A stretch of DNA of 64,000 nucleotides from Paragordius varius (lineage: Eukaryota > Animalia > Nematomorpha). This document shows, in pieces, positions 36,441 through 48,750 of this stretch (the first letter of the stretch is position 1; every line of letters starts with the position of its first letter). Under the pieces are notes generated by a model that was not told the DNA's origin, made no database searches, and saw nothing but the letters and a program-made list of their open reading frames with translations. Both the position numbers and the translations under genes were made by a program. The stretch is taken from positions 3,224,001 to 3,288,000 of the forward strand of contig OZ176059.1 of NCBI GenBank assembly GCA_964247055.1, read 5' to 3'.

Positions 36441-37975
36441 TAAAATATATTAGATAATTGAAAAAATAATTATGTTTAGTAAATATATATTTAATATAAT
36501 TAGATAATAAGAAAATATTTAAAGATATGAAATTTGATATTTAAAATTCATGTCAGCCATTTTTTATTGGTCTGCTAAAAATAAAAAAAATATTAAAAAG
36601 TTAAAAAAATTATTTATATTTATAAAAATAAAATTTAATTTTATAATTCAAAATGTTTGTCTGCCATATTTTTTATTTTTCTGCTAAAAATAAAAAATAA
36701 GGAATTTAAAAATGTTTAAAAAATTGAATTATAAAATATTAATTTATGTACATGTATATATTTAATATATAAAAAAATAAAGGATTTAAAAAAATTGAAA
36801 AAAATTAAAAAAATATTTGATAAAATATAGAATTTATCGTTTAAAATGTTCGTCTGCTATAAAATTTATGATTTAAAATGTTCAGCTGCTTTTTTATTGT
36901 TTTTTGCTAAAAATACAAAAAATTAAAATTTGTTTAAATTTTAATAATAAAATTTAGAATTTAATATGTTCATCCGCCATTTTTTTATTGTTGTTCTGCT
37001 AAAAATATAATAATGTTTAAAATGGTAGAAATATAGGAAATAAAAAATAAAAGAATATATATATATATATATATTTTTAAATTTAATAAAAAAAACTTTT
37101 ATAAAATTTTTTCAAAGATATATATATATATATTAAAAATTGATAAAATTTAAAATTTATGGTTTGAAATGTTCGTTTGCTATTTTAAATTAATGGTATA
37201 AAATTTTCGTTGGCCATTTAAATATTCTAAATGTTCGTCTGCTATTTTAGAATTTATCGTTCAAAATGTTCGTCTGACATTTTTTTATTGGTTTTAATAA
37301 GTTAGTTAGTTTTCGAATAAAAATAAAAAATATGAATTTTTTAAAAAAATATCAGAAAATTGGAAAAAAATTATATTTAGTATTAAATAATAAATTAATT
37401 AAAATATATTTCAAAATCGTCTGCTATTTTAAAATTTATCGTTTAAAATGTTCGTCTGCTAAAAAATAATGGTATAAAATTTTCGTCTGCTTAAAAGTTA
37501 TAGTTCAAAATGTTCGTCTGCTATTTTAAAATTCAAAATGTTCGTATGTGCCATTTTAAATATTGTAAATATTCGTCTACTATTAAAAATTTTTCCATGT
37601 TCGTCTGCTATTTTATATAAAAAATTCGTCTGCCAGTTTAAAATTTGTGGTTGTAAATGTTCGTCTGACATTTTTTTATTGGTTTTAATGAGTTAATTAA
37701 TTTTCGGATAAAAATAAAAAAATATGAATTTAAAAAAATTATCAGAAAATTGAAAAAAAATTATATTTAGTAATAAATAATAAATTAATTAAAATTTATT
37801 TCAAGATGTTCGTCTGCCATTTTTTGAATTTTCAAAATTATTCGTCTGACTATTAAACCGTGTAAATATTTTTAAATTATAATCGTCTGATCATATTATA
37901 TATATAAGATTTGATTTCTTTTCAAAATCGTCTGTTAAAATAAATTAAAAATAATTATAAATCGTCTGACTATAA
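36430..37975 (-). repeat. Degenerate tandem copies of the eIF5A acceptor and start-codon context
   Basis: Plus-strand (G)TTCGTCTGC(C/T)AT, the reverse complement of ATGGCAGACGAA, recurs many times. The nearest copies (~36545, ~36655, ~36880, ~36970) also keep TTTTATTGGTCTGCTAAAAA. Confidence 0.85.
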
Positions 37976-38199
37976 AAATTATTTTAAAAATACTTAAATA
38001 TAAAAAAATAATTAATATAAATAATATAATAAAAAAGTTATTTTAATGAAAAAGTTATTTTATTATAAAAATTTCGGATTTAAATAATAAAAAACTATAA
38101 ATATAAAATCTAAAATATTACAAAAACTACACTAATTATAATATTTTATTTTACAATGGTATTATATTTAAAAATATTTTTTTTTATAAAATTAAGAAA

Positions 38200-38960
38200 A
38201 ACTTAAAATTCAAAAAAGCACCATTTTTAAAAATATTATAAAAGTTATAATAAATAAAAAAAATCAAAAGATACTATAATTTTATTTTAGATTTTTTATA
38301 CATTATTCTCAAGTAATTTTAAAACTTTTCTTACTAATACTCAAAAATATAATTTAACAAAATATATATATCAAATTAATTTTATCATAAAAGTTAAATT
38401 ATTTATTTTAAAAAAATAAAAATCCTAACATACCCTTTTAAAAGTGTTTTAAACAGGTCAAATTATTTTACCAAATCATTAAAATTATTTATATAGTAAA
38501 CCTTTTTTATGAGTTTAAAATATTCTCAAAACTAAAAATTATAATTCTTTAAAATTTTTCTAAAGTTAGTTTGAAACTATCTATAAATTTTATAACTTTA
38601 AATTAGTAAATATAATTCTTTTAAATTTTATAAAACTACATAAATTTTTGATATGAAACTAGAAAAAATATACGTTTTAAAAAGTGTTTTAACAAAATAT
38701 TCTTAATTTGATTAAAATTGTTGGAAAGTTTATAAAATAATATATAAAACATACCTTTAAAGTTTGTAGAGAAGCTTGTGATTTGGTTTGATCGTTAAAA
38801 ACTTTTCAAGAATTCAAACTAAAAATATTTGATCTAATCGTTGCAAAACTTTTTCAAGAACTGTAAAAATAAAACTATTAAAATAAAAAAAAATACCTGC
38901 TTAAAAAAGTTTATAATTCTTGTTCGTTCAAATTTATTTAATTTTGATAAGTCGAATTTT
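38200..38960 (-). repeat. Inverted copy of the 'Y' module that interrupts the satellite
   Basis: 38746-38818 (CATACCTTTAAAGTTTGTAGAGAAGCTTGTGATTTGGTTTGATCGTTAAAAACTTTTCAAGAATTC) is the reverse complement of segments at ~48477-48553, ~59525-59590 and ~63560-63620. Boundaries are approximate. Confidence 0.7.
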
Positions 38961-39203
38961 CTAGAAATCTAAAATATATTTAAATATAAAAATACTTGTC
39001 TGAAGCTTATTTTACAGTTGATTTGAAAGAATTATTGAGAACCGGAACCAAAAAATTTACACGCGGTTGAAAAAAACACACTACGTTTCCAAACAAGACA
39101 ATTTTTGCTGTTTTATTTTTTTAAAAAAACAAAAATATATATAATATTTTTCATAAATTATAAATGAAAATTATCTCAAAAATATAAATAAATAACTACT
39201 AAA

Positions 39204-41155
39204 TATACCATTTACTATTTAAATTCATCTCCTTAAACAATTGAAAAGCACCCTAAAACAATTTAAACTCACCATTCTCGAACGATTCAAATTCACCCTT
39301 GAACAATTAAAACATATTTGAAAGCAAATTTACCCTTGATAAATTCTAGTTCACCTTAAACAATTCAGATTTACTCTTGAAATATTCAAATTTACCCATG
39401 ATTAATTCTAGTTCACCTTAAACAATTCAGATTACCCTTCAAAATTCAAATTTACTCTTTAATACAACTTCAGCCTCCAACAATTCAAATTCACCCTTCT
39501 CGAATTTAAATATACTATTTATAATTTAAATTCACCTCTTTGAACAAATCAGATTACCCTTAAAAATTTAAATTTCCATTCTCAAACGATTCTAACTCAC
39601 CCTTGAACATTTTAAATTCTCTCCTGAACTATTCAATGTACCTTAAAAACAATAAATCACCTTTGGAAAATTTAAATTCATCATTGAATTCAAATTCACT
39701 CTTAAAATATTCAAATTCAAACTTGTATTTAAATTCACCCTTGAACAATTTAAGTTCACTCTTAACTATTTACATTCACTTTAAAAAACAATACGAATTC
39801 GCTTTTGGAAAATTCAAATTCATCCTTGAAATTCGGCCTTATCTGACAAATAAAATTCAAACAATTAAAATTCACCCTTGAAAAAAATATAAGCTTTTTC
39901 AGCAGTTAATACAACTCATTATTAAATATATATATAACGCGCATAGTTTATTATTTTTTCAGTATTATTCCTATTTAAAACAGAAATTAACTTTTTGAAA
40001 TATATATTATAAAATAAAGGTTATCTTTAATCATAAAAAAACATAGTTCGAGGGGTGAATTTGAATTGAATAAAAGGTGAATTTGAATTATTTTTCGACG
40101 AATTTAAATTTTTGTTAATATTTTTGTTCAAGAATAAATTAGAAATATTCAAGAGTGAATTTGAATTGTTTAAGGGTGAATTTGAATTTATTGAAGGTGA
40201 ATTTAATTGTTTAAGGGGGTGAATTTAATTTTCAGTAATTTATATTGTTCAAGGATGAATTTAAATTGTTTAAGGGTGAATGTGAATTAATTAAAGGTGA
40301 ATTTAATTTTTCAGTAATATTTTTTTATTCGAGGGTGATTTAAATTGTTCAAGAAGGGTAAATTTGAATTATTCAAGGGTGTATATAAATTGTTCAAGGG
40401 TGCATTTGAATTGTCAATTTTGTTCAAGGGAATTTAAATTTATTAAAAGTGAATTTAAATTGTTTAAGGGTTAATTCGATTGTTCAAGGGTGAATTTGAT
40501 TGTTTAAGGAAATATTTGAATTATTTAAGGGTGAATTTGAATTATTTTTCGCGTGAATTCAAATTTTCGGTAATATTTTCAAGGGTTTATTTGAATTGTT
40601 TAAGGTCGAATTGAATTTATCAATGGTGAATATAAATTGTTTAAGGATTAATTTAAATTTTATCAATGGTGAATTTAAATTGTTTAAGGGTGAATTTGAA
40701 TTATTTAAGGGTGAATTTAAATTTTCGGTAATATTTTTTTGTTCAAGGGCTAATATGAATTGTATAAGGACGAATTGAATTTATCAATGGTAGGGTGATT
40801 TAAATTGTTTAAGAAGGTGAATTTGAATTTATTTAATTTGTATTTAAATTGTTTAAGGTTGAATTTACATTGTTTAAGGGTGAATTTAAAAATTGTTTAA
40901 GGGTAAATTTATTTTGAAATATTCAAAAGTATATTTGAATTCAAGGATGAATTTAAATAAAGGTGGAATTTGAATTAAGGTAAATATATAATGTTTAGAG
41001 TAAATTTAAAATTAAGGTGTTGAATTTAGTAAAGGTGAATTTGAATTATTCGAGGGTGATTTGAATTCTTCAGGGGTGAATGAAATTGTTCAAGGGTAAA
41101 TTTGAATTTAGGATTAAACTTATCTTTTTTTAAAAAAACATGAGTATTTGGTATA
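39204..41155. mobile_element. Foldback-like non-autonomous element with long inverted arms built from ~21-bp subrepeats
   Basis: Left arm (~39204-39885) is tandem AATTCAAATTCACCCTTGAAC; right arm (~40045-41110) is tandem GTTCAAGGGTGAATTTGAATT. There is a ~160-bp centre. The left end starts TATACCATTTAC; the right end (TTGGTATA, ~41155) is less certain. No transposase ORF. Confidence 0.8.
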
Positions 41156-43928
41156 TACTCGCTTTAATATTGTTAAGCTTTTAAGTAAAACAGAATTTAT
41201 AAAGAAAAAAAAGTGTTTATTATAGATAATAATATAATTTTTATAATAATTCAATTTTAGATTATTTCCTTTTACTTATTTTTTTTCGAGTTTATACTTG
41301 AAATTACTATTTTTCGCTTTAACTCAAACAAGGTAGTTAGTTTTAGAATAAAAGTTTTTGTTTTTAAATACTTGAGTAATTAAGTATATACTCGCTGTAA
41401 TATTGATAAGCTTTTAAGTAAAAGAAAATTTATAAAGAAAAAAAAGTGTTTATTTTATAGACTAATAAAATCTATTATAAATATAAATAGATTATTATAT
41501 ATGCATTAATGAATTTATTATGATATATCGATTACTACAAGTAATCTTTGTCAAACGTAAAAATAAAATTAATATAAACTAAAATTTAAATTATAAATTT
41601 CAATTTCTAGATTATTTCCTTTTACTTATTTTTTCGAGTTTTTACTTGAAATTTTTATTTCTTGTTCTAACTCGAGCAAGGAAGCCACAGGAATATTTTA
41701 GATTCTAAAAACCTTGCTTTTACATGAGTAATTAAGTATATACTCGCTGCAAATAAGAAAACCTTAAAAATATCATCAATTCAATTCCTAGATTTCCTTT
41801 TACTCAATTTTTTCGAGTTTTATAATTTGAAATTTCTATCTATAGAGATTTATTAAGAAAAATGTATATTTCAGACATTAATATTATTATTATTATTATT
41901 ATCAATTTTAATTTCTAGATTATTTCCTTTTACTTATTTTTTTCGAGTTTTCACTTGAAATTTTTTTCGCCCTCACTCGTAATTGAAATTTAAAAATCCT
42001 TGATTTTCAAATATTTGAGTAATGTAGTATATACTCGCTGTAATATTAAGAAGCTTTTAAGTAAAAAAGAAATTTATAAAGAAAAAAAGTGTTTTGTTTT
42101 AAAGAATAATAATATTATTATTATTATAATTTACATATTAAATTTCTAAATTGTTTCCTTTTTTTATTTTCGAGTTTTTACTTGAATTTCTATTAGAATA
42201 AAAGTCTTTGTTTTTAAATACTTGAGTAATTAAGTATATACTCGCTTTAATATTAAAAAGCTTTTAAGTAAAAGAGATTTTTAAGAAAAAAAGTGTTTAT
42301 TATAGATAATAATTTTATTTTTATAAATTTTAATTAGATGTTTCCTTTTACTTTATTTCTTTTTTTATTGTCTTAAAAAAAGATTTATTTATAAAAAAAA
42401 ACTTTATTTTATAGACTAATAATAATATTTTTAATTATAAATTTTAATTAGATTTCCTTTTTTTCGTGTTTTAATAATTTTCGAGTTTTATAATTTGAAA
42501 TTTCTATCTATAGAGATTTATCAAGAAAAAAAAGTGTTTTGTTTTAATGAATAATATTAATATTATCATTTCTAATTAGATGTTTCCTTTTACTCAATTT
42601 TTTCGAGTTTTATAATTTGAAATTTCTATCTATAGAGATTTATCAAGAAAAAAAGTGTTTATTATAGATAATAATATTATTTTTATAATTAACAATTTTT
42701 ATTAAATTATTTTCTTTTACTTCTTTTATTATTTACGAGTTTATAAATTGAAATTTCAAAGGAAATCGACATGAATATATTAGATTCTAAAAACCTTGCT
42801 TTTAAAATACTTGAGTAATGTAGTATATACTCGCTGTAATATTAAGAAGCTTTTAAGTAAAATACAGATTTATCCAGAAAAAAAGTATGTTATTTTAGAG
42901 AATAATATTATTTTATTATTAATTTTAATTAGATTTTTTCCTTTTACTTATTTTTTTAAGTTTTTACTTGAAATTTCTGTCTACAGAGATTTATAAAGAA
43001 AAAAAGTGTTTATTTTATAGACTAATAATATCTATTATAATTAACAATTTTAATTTCTAGATTATTTGCTTTACTTATTTTTTTCGAGTTTTTACTTGAA
43101 ATTTTCATTTCTCGTTCTAACTCGAACAAGTAAACCACTGGAATAATTGAAATTCAAAAAACCTTGCTTTTAAAATACTTGAGTAATGTAGTAAATACTC
43201 GCTGTAATATTAAGAAGCTTTTAAGTAAAAGAAAATCTATAAAAAAAACTTTATTTTAAAGAATAATAATATTATTATTAACAATTTCAATTTCTAGATT
43301 ATTTCCTTTTACTTATTTTTTTCGAGTTTTTTCATTTGAAATTTCTATTAGAATAAAAGTCTTTGTTTTTAAAATACTTGAGTAATGTAGTATATACTCG
43401 CTATAATATTAAGAAGCTTTTAAGTAAAAGAGATTTATCAAGAAAAAAGTGTGTTGTTTTAGAGAATAATATTGTTTTTATTATCAATTTTAATTTCTAG
43501 ATTATTTCCTTTTACTTCTTTTTTATTTTCGAGTTTTTTTTTTGAATTTCTATTAGAATAAAAGTCCTTGCTTTTAGAATAATTGAGTGTAGTATATACT
43601 CGCTGTAATATTACGAAGCTTTTAAGTAAAAAAAAAATTATAAAGAAAAAAAGTCTTTATTTAAATAATATTATTATTATCAATTTCAATTATTTTTAGT
43701 TTATTTCTTTTAACTTATTTTTTGATTTTTCAATTTTTTTAGTTTGAAAGCCTTAAAAATACAGATTTATCCAAAAAAAAGTATGTTTTGTTTTAGAATA
43801 ATATTATTTTTATTATCATTTCAATTTCTAGATTATGCCTTTTACTTATTTTTTTCGAGTTATTACTTGAAATTACTATCTTTAGAGATTTATCAAGAAA
43901 AAAAGTGTTTTGTTTTAAAAAACCAATA

Positions 43929-45197
43929 CAGTGAAAACTGTGAATTTATACGGATAAAATGTAAAAATATATTCTTTATTTCAAAAAAAACCATACTTTT
44001 TTATTTCTTTTATAAAAACATTTAATTACGAAAAATACTTATTTAATTGAATTACCAGTAAAAATTTCTATATAATACTTGATTTATATACCATTACAAT
44101 TCAAATTCACTCTTAAACAATTCAAATTTACCCTTAAACAATTTAAATTCACCCTCAAATAAAATATATGTTTTTTCAAAAGATAAAAAATTACCTATAT
44201 TTTAATATATTTTTAGAAAATAAAAATTTCTATATAATACTTGATTTATATACCATTACAATTCAAATTCACTCTTAAACAATTCAAATTTACCCTTAAA
44301 CAATTTAAATTCACCCTCAAATAAAATATATGTTTTTTCAAAAGATAAAAAATTACCTATATTTTAATATATTTTTAGAAAATAAAAATTTCTATATAAT
44401 ACTTGATTTATATACCATTACAATTCAAATTCACCCTCAAATAAAATATATGTTTTTTAAGATAAATAATTATCTATATTTTAATATATTTTTATAAATA
44501 AAAATGTAACTGAAAAAATTTTATATACCATTACAATTCAAATTCACCCTTGAACAATTCAAATTCACCCTCAAATAAAATATATTTTTTTTAAGATAAA
44601 AATTACCTATATTTTAATATATTTTAGAAAATAAAAATTTTGTTTTAAATAAAAAATTTTATATACCATTAGAATTCAAATTCACCCTTGAACAATTCAA
44701 ATTCATCCTAAAATAAAAATATATGTTTTTAAGATAAAAAATTACCTATATATTAATTATATTTTTAAAAAATAAAAATTTTGTTTTAAATAAAATTTAT
44801 ATATACCATTACAATTCAAATTTACCCTTGAACAATTCAAATTCACCCTCAAATAAAATATATGTTTTTTCAAAAAATAAAAAATTACCTATATTTTAAT
44901 ATATTTTTAAAAAATAAAAATTTTGTTTTATACTGAAAAAATAATAAACTATGCGCCATACAGATATATTTCATATAAAATTAATAAGTTATATTTGTTT
45001 CTAAAACACATAATTTCTTTTTAGGGTAAATTTTAATTTCTTTTTAGGGTGAATTTGAATTTTTTAAGGGTGAATTTGAACTGTAAATGGTATATATAAT
45101 ATAAAAATATAAATTTTAAAAGTATGGTTGTCTTTTAGATAAAAATATTTGTTTTTATATTTTTACGTTTTTTTCCGTAAAATTTAAATTTTTACCG
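43929..45197. mobile_element. MITE-like element copy 1 (imperfect ~80-bp TIRs starting CAGT, flanked by TA)
   Basis: Left TA|CAGTGAAAACTGTGAATTTATACGG...CCATACTTT; right AAAGTATGGTTGTCTTTT...CCGTAAAATTTAAATTTTTACCG|TA. TA flanks and CAGT termini are typical of Tc1/mariner-pogo-type elements. Confidence 0.75.
44087..45092. mobile_element. Inner inverted-repeat element (TATACCATTACAATTCAAATTCACCC ... GGGTGAATTTGAACTGTAAATGGTATA), same family as 39204-41155
   Basis: It shares the subrepeat and the internal marker ATAATAAACTATGCGC (reverse complement at ~39940-39955). The left end is tandemly repeated about 6 times, the first repeats with a 162-bp period. Confidence 0.7.
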
Positions 45198-47559
45198 TAT
45201 TACTATTAGAATAAAAGTCTTTTTTTTAAAAAACTTGAGTAATATAGTATATACTCGCTGTAATATTGAGAAGCTTTTAAGTAAAAGAGATTTATCAAGA
45301 AAAAAGTGTTTTGTTTTAGAGAATAATATTATTATTATTATAATTAACAATTTCAATTTCTAGATTATTTCCTTTTACTTATTATTTTCGAGTTTTTACT
45401 TGAAATTTTCAATTCTCGTTTTCATAGGAATATTTTAGATTAAAAAACCTATCTTTTTTTTAAAATACTTGAGTAATTAAGTTTATACTCGCTGTAATAT
45501 TGTTAAGCTTTTAAGTAAAAGAGATTTATAAAGAAAAAAATGCTTAATTTAAAGAATAATAATAATATTATTATTATTATCAATTTTATTTAGATTCTTT
45601 CTTTTTACTACTTTTTTTCGAATTTTTGTTTTAAAATACTTGAGTAATGTAGTATATACTCGCTGTAATATTAAGAAGCTTTTAAGTAAAAGAGATTTAT
45701 CAAGAAAAAAGTGTTTTGTTTCAGAGAACAAATAATATTATCATAAATTTTAATTAGATGTTTCCTTTTACTTTTTTTACTATCTTTTACATTTGGCATT
45801 TCAAAGGAAATCCACAATAATATATTAGATTAAAAAACCTTGCTTTTAAAATACTTGAGTAATGTAGTATATACTCGCTTTAATATTGTTAAGCTTCTAA
45901 GTAAAAGAAATTTATTAAGAAAAAAGTGCTTATTATAGATAATAATATTATTTTTATTAACAATTTCAATTACTAGATTATTTTCTTTTACTAATTTTTT
46001 CGACTTTTTGTCTTAAAATACTTGAGTAATATAGTAAATACTCGCTGTAATATTAAGAAGCTTTTGAGTAAAAGAGATTTATAAGAAAAATAGTGTTTAT
46101 TTTAGAGTATTATTTTTATTAATTTCAATTTTAGATTATTTCCTTTTACTTATTTTTTTTCGAGTTTTTACTTGAAATTTTTATTTTTCGCCCTCACTCG
46201 AGCAAGGAAGCCACAGGAATATTTGAGATTCAAAATACTTTGATTTTAAAATACTTGAGTAATTAAGTATATACTCGCTGTAATATTAAGAAGCTTTTAA
46301 GTAAAAGAGAATTATTAAGAAAAAAAGTGTTTTGTTTTAGAGAATAATATTATTTTTATTATCAATTTCAATAGATTGTTTCCTTTTACTTATTATTTTC
46401 GAGTTTTTACTTGAAATTTTAATTTCAAAGGAAACCCACAGGAATATTTTAGAATTGAAAAAACCTTTTTTAAAATACTTGATTAATTAATATACTCGCT
46501 GAAACATAGATTTTATTATTATTATTATAATTATCAATTTCAATTTCTAGATTGTTTCCTTTTACTTTTATTTTCGAGTTTATAATTTGAAATTTCAAAG
46601 GGAATCCACAGGAATATTTTAGAATAAAAGTCTTTGTTTTTAAATACTTTAGTAATGTAGTATATACTCGCTTTAATATTGAGAGCCTTAAAAAGGGATT
46701 TTGAGAAAAAAGTTTTGTTTTAGAGAATAATATTTTTATTATTATTATCAATTTTATTTAAATTGTTTCCTTTTACTTATTTTTTTCGAGTTTTTTTGAA
46801 TTTTTATTAGAATAAAAACCTTTTTTTTCTTTTAAAATACTTGAGTAATGTAGTATATACTCGCTGTAATATTAAGAAGCTTTTAAGTAAAAGAGATTTA
46901 TCAAGACAAAAAAGTGTTTTGTTTTTAGAGAATAATTTTATTATTAACAATTTCAATTTCTAGATTATTTCCTTTTACTTATTTTTTTCGAGTTTTAAAT
47001 TTTTGAAATTTTCTATTAGAATAAAAGTTTGCTTTTATAATAATTGAGTAATGTAGTATATACTCGCTGTAATATTATAAGCTTTTAAGTAAAAGAGATT
47101 AATTAAGCAAAAAAGTTTATTTCAGACATTAATATTATTATTATAATTAACAATTTCAATTTCTAGATTGTTTCCTTTTACTTATTATTTTTTTCGAATT
47201 TTTGTCTTAAAATACTTGAGTAATGTAGTATATACTCGTTGTAATATATAAGCTTTTAAGTATTAGAGTTTTTTTTAAAAAAAGTGTTTTTTAGAGAATA
47301 ATAATATTACTATCAATTTTAATTTCTAGATTGGTTTCTTTTACTAAATTTTTTTCAAGTTTTACTTGAAATTCTATTAGAATTAAATTTTTTAAAAAAA
47401 AAATCTTTATTTAAAGAATAATATTATATTTATATCAATTTCAATTTCTAGATTATTTCCTTTTACTTATTTTTTTCGAGTTTTATAAAATTTGAAATTT
47501 CTATTTTTCGTTCTGACTCGAGCAAGTAAGCCAGATGAATATTTTAGAATAAAAGTCTT

Positions 47560-48750
47560 TGTTTTATAAATAATTCTTAAATTTAAAAATGGAATTTATT
47601 TTTGAAATTTTATAAAATATCTATTATTTGGTAATTTTCCAATCAAAAAAAACCCTTTTATTTTTGAATATTATAAATAATTCTTCTTAAAGATGGAATT
47701 TATTTTTGAAATTGTGTAAAATATCTATTATTTGGTAATTTTTCAGTCAAAAAAACCTTTTTATTAATTATTATTTTAAAAAAATAAATAATTTAACAAA
47801 AAATGATTTTAAATTTCTAGACCTCTTTGTTTTAGATAATATTTCTTAGATTTAAAAAATGGAATATTTTTTAAAGAAAAAATTATTTATTCAACAAGAA
47901 ATGATTAAATTTTCTAGAGTATATCTTTGTTTTAGATAATTCTTTTTTTAAATTTAAAAGATGGAATAAATATTTTTTAAAAAAATTATTTTATTTAACA
48001 AGAAATGATTTTTATTTTCGAGTTTTATAAATAATTCTTCTTAAAGATGGAATAAATATTTTTGAAATTTTGTAAAATGACTATTATTTGGTAATTTTCA
48101 TTTAAAAGAAATTTTTATTAACAAATTGAAACGTTTTGCATTTAAAAGATTTTTTTTAAATAAAATATTTTTAATTTAACAAGAATTGATTTTAGTTTTC
48201 GATACCTCTTTGTTTTAGATAATTCTTCTTTTAAATTTAAAAGATGGAATAAATATTTTTGAAAGTTTATGAAATTTCATATTAGCTATTATTTAGTAAT
48301 TTTCCTCAATCAAAAAAAAACCTTTTTATTTTTGAAAAAATTTATTTATTCAACAAGAAATGATTTTAATTTTCTAGAGTTTTTATTTTCTTTCATTAGT
48401 GATCTCAAGAGAAAAAAAGCAAATTTTTTAGTTCAAAGAAGTATTTTGCTTTTAAATTTTAAAAAGTTTTTAGTTTTTGAATTCTTGCAAAAACGTTTTC
48501 AACGATCAAATCAAATCATAACAAGCTTCTTAAACTAAATTTTAAAGGGTATGTATATTTTAAATCTTTTTTTTAAAATTTTCTACAATTATAATTAAGA
48601 TTTTCTTAAAATATTTTGAAAAATTTATAATTTTTTTAATTTTATATCAAAAATTCATGTGGTTTTTTAAAAAAGCTATAAATATATATAGTCGCTGTTG
48701 GAAAGCTTTTAAAAAGAGATTTATCCACTTTATTTTAGAGATTATATTTT
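47560..48750 (+). repeat. X-Y module interrupting the satellite (copy 1)
   Basis: Subrepeats AATAATTCTTCTT..AAAGATGGAAT..TATTATTTGGTAATTTTC..AACAAGAAATGATT, followed by the Y marker CAACGATCAAATCAAATCA..AAGCTTCTTAAACT..AAAGGGTATG. Confidence 0.7.

Noticed and set aside
48690-48710. CENP-B-box-like word (GTCGCTGTTGGAAAGC)
   Set aside because: Single partial match lacking the required TTCG and CGGG positions.
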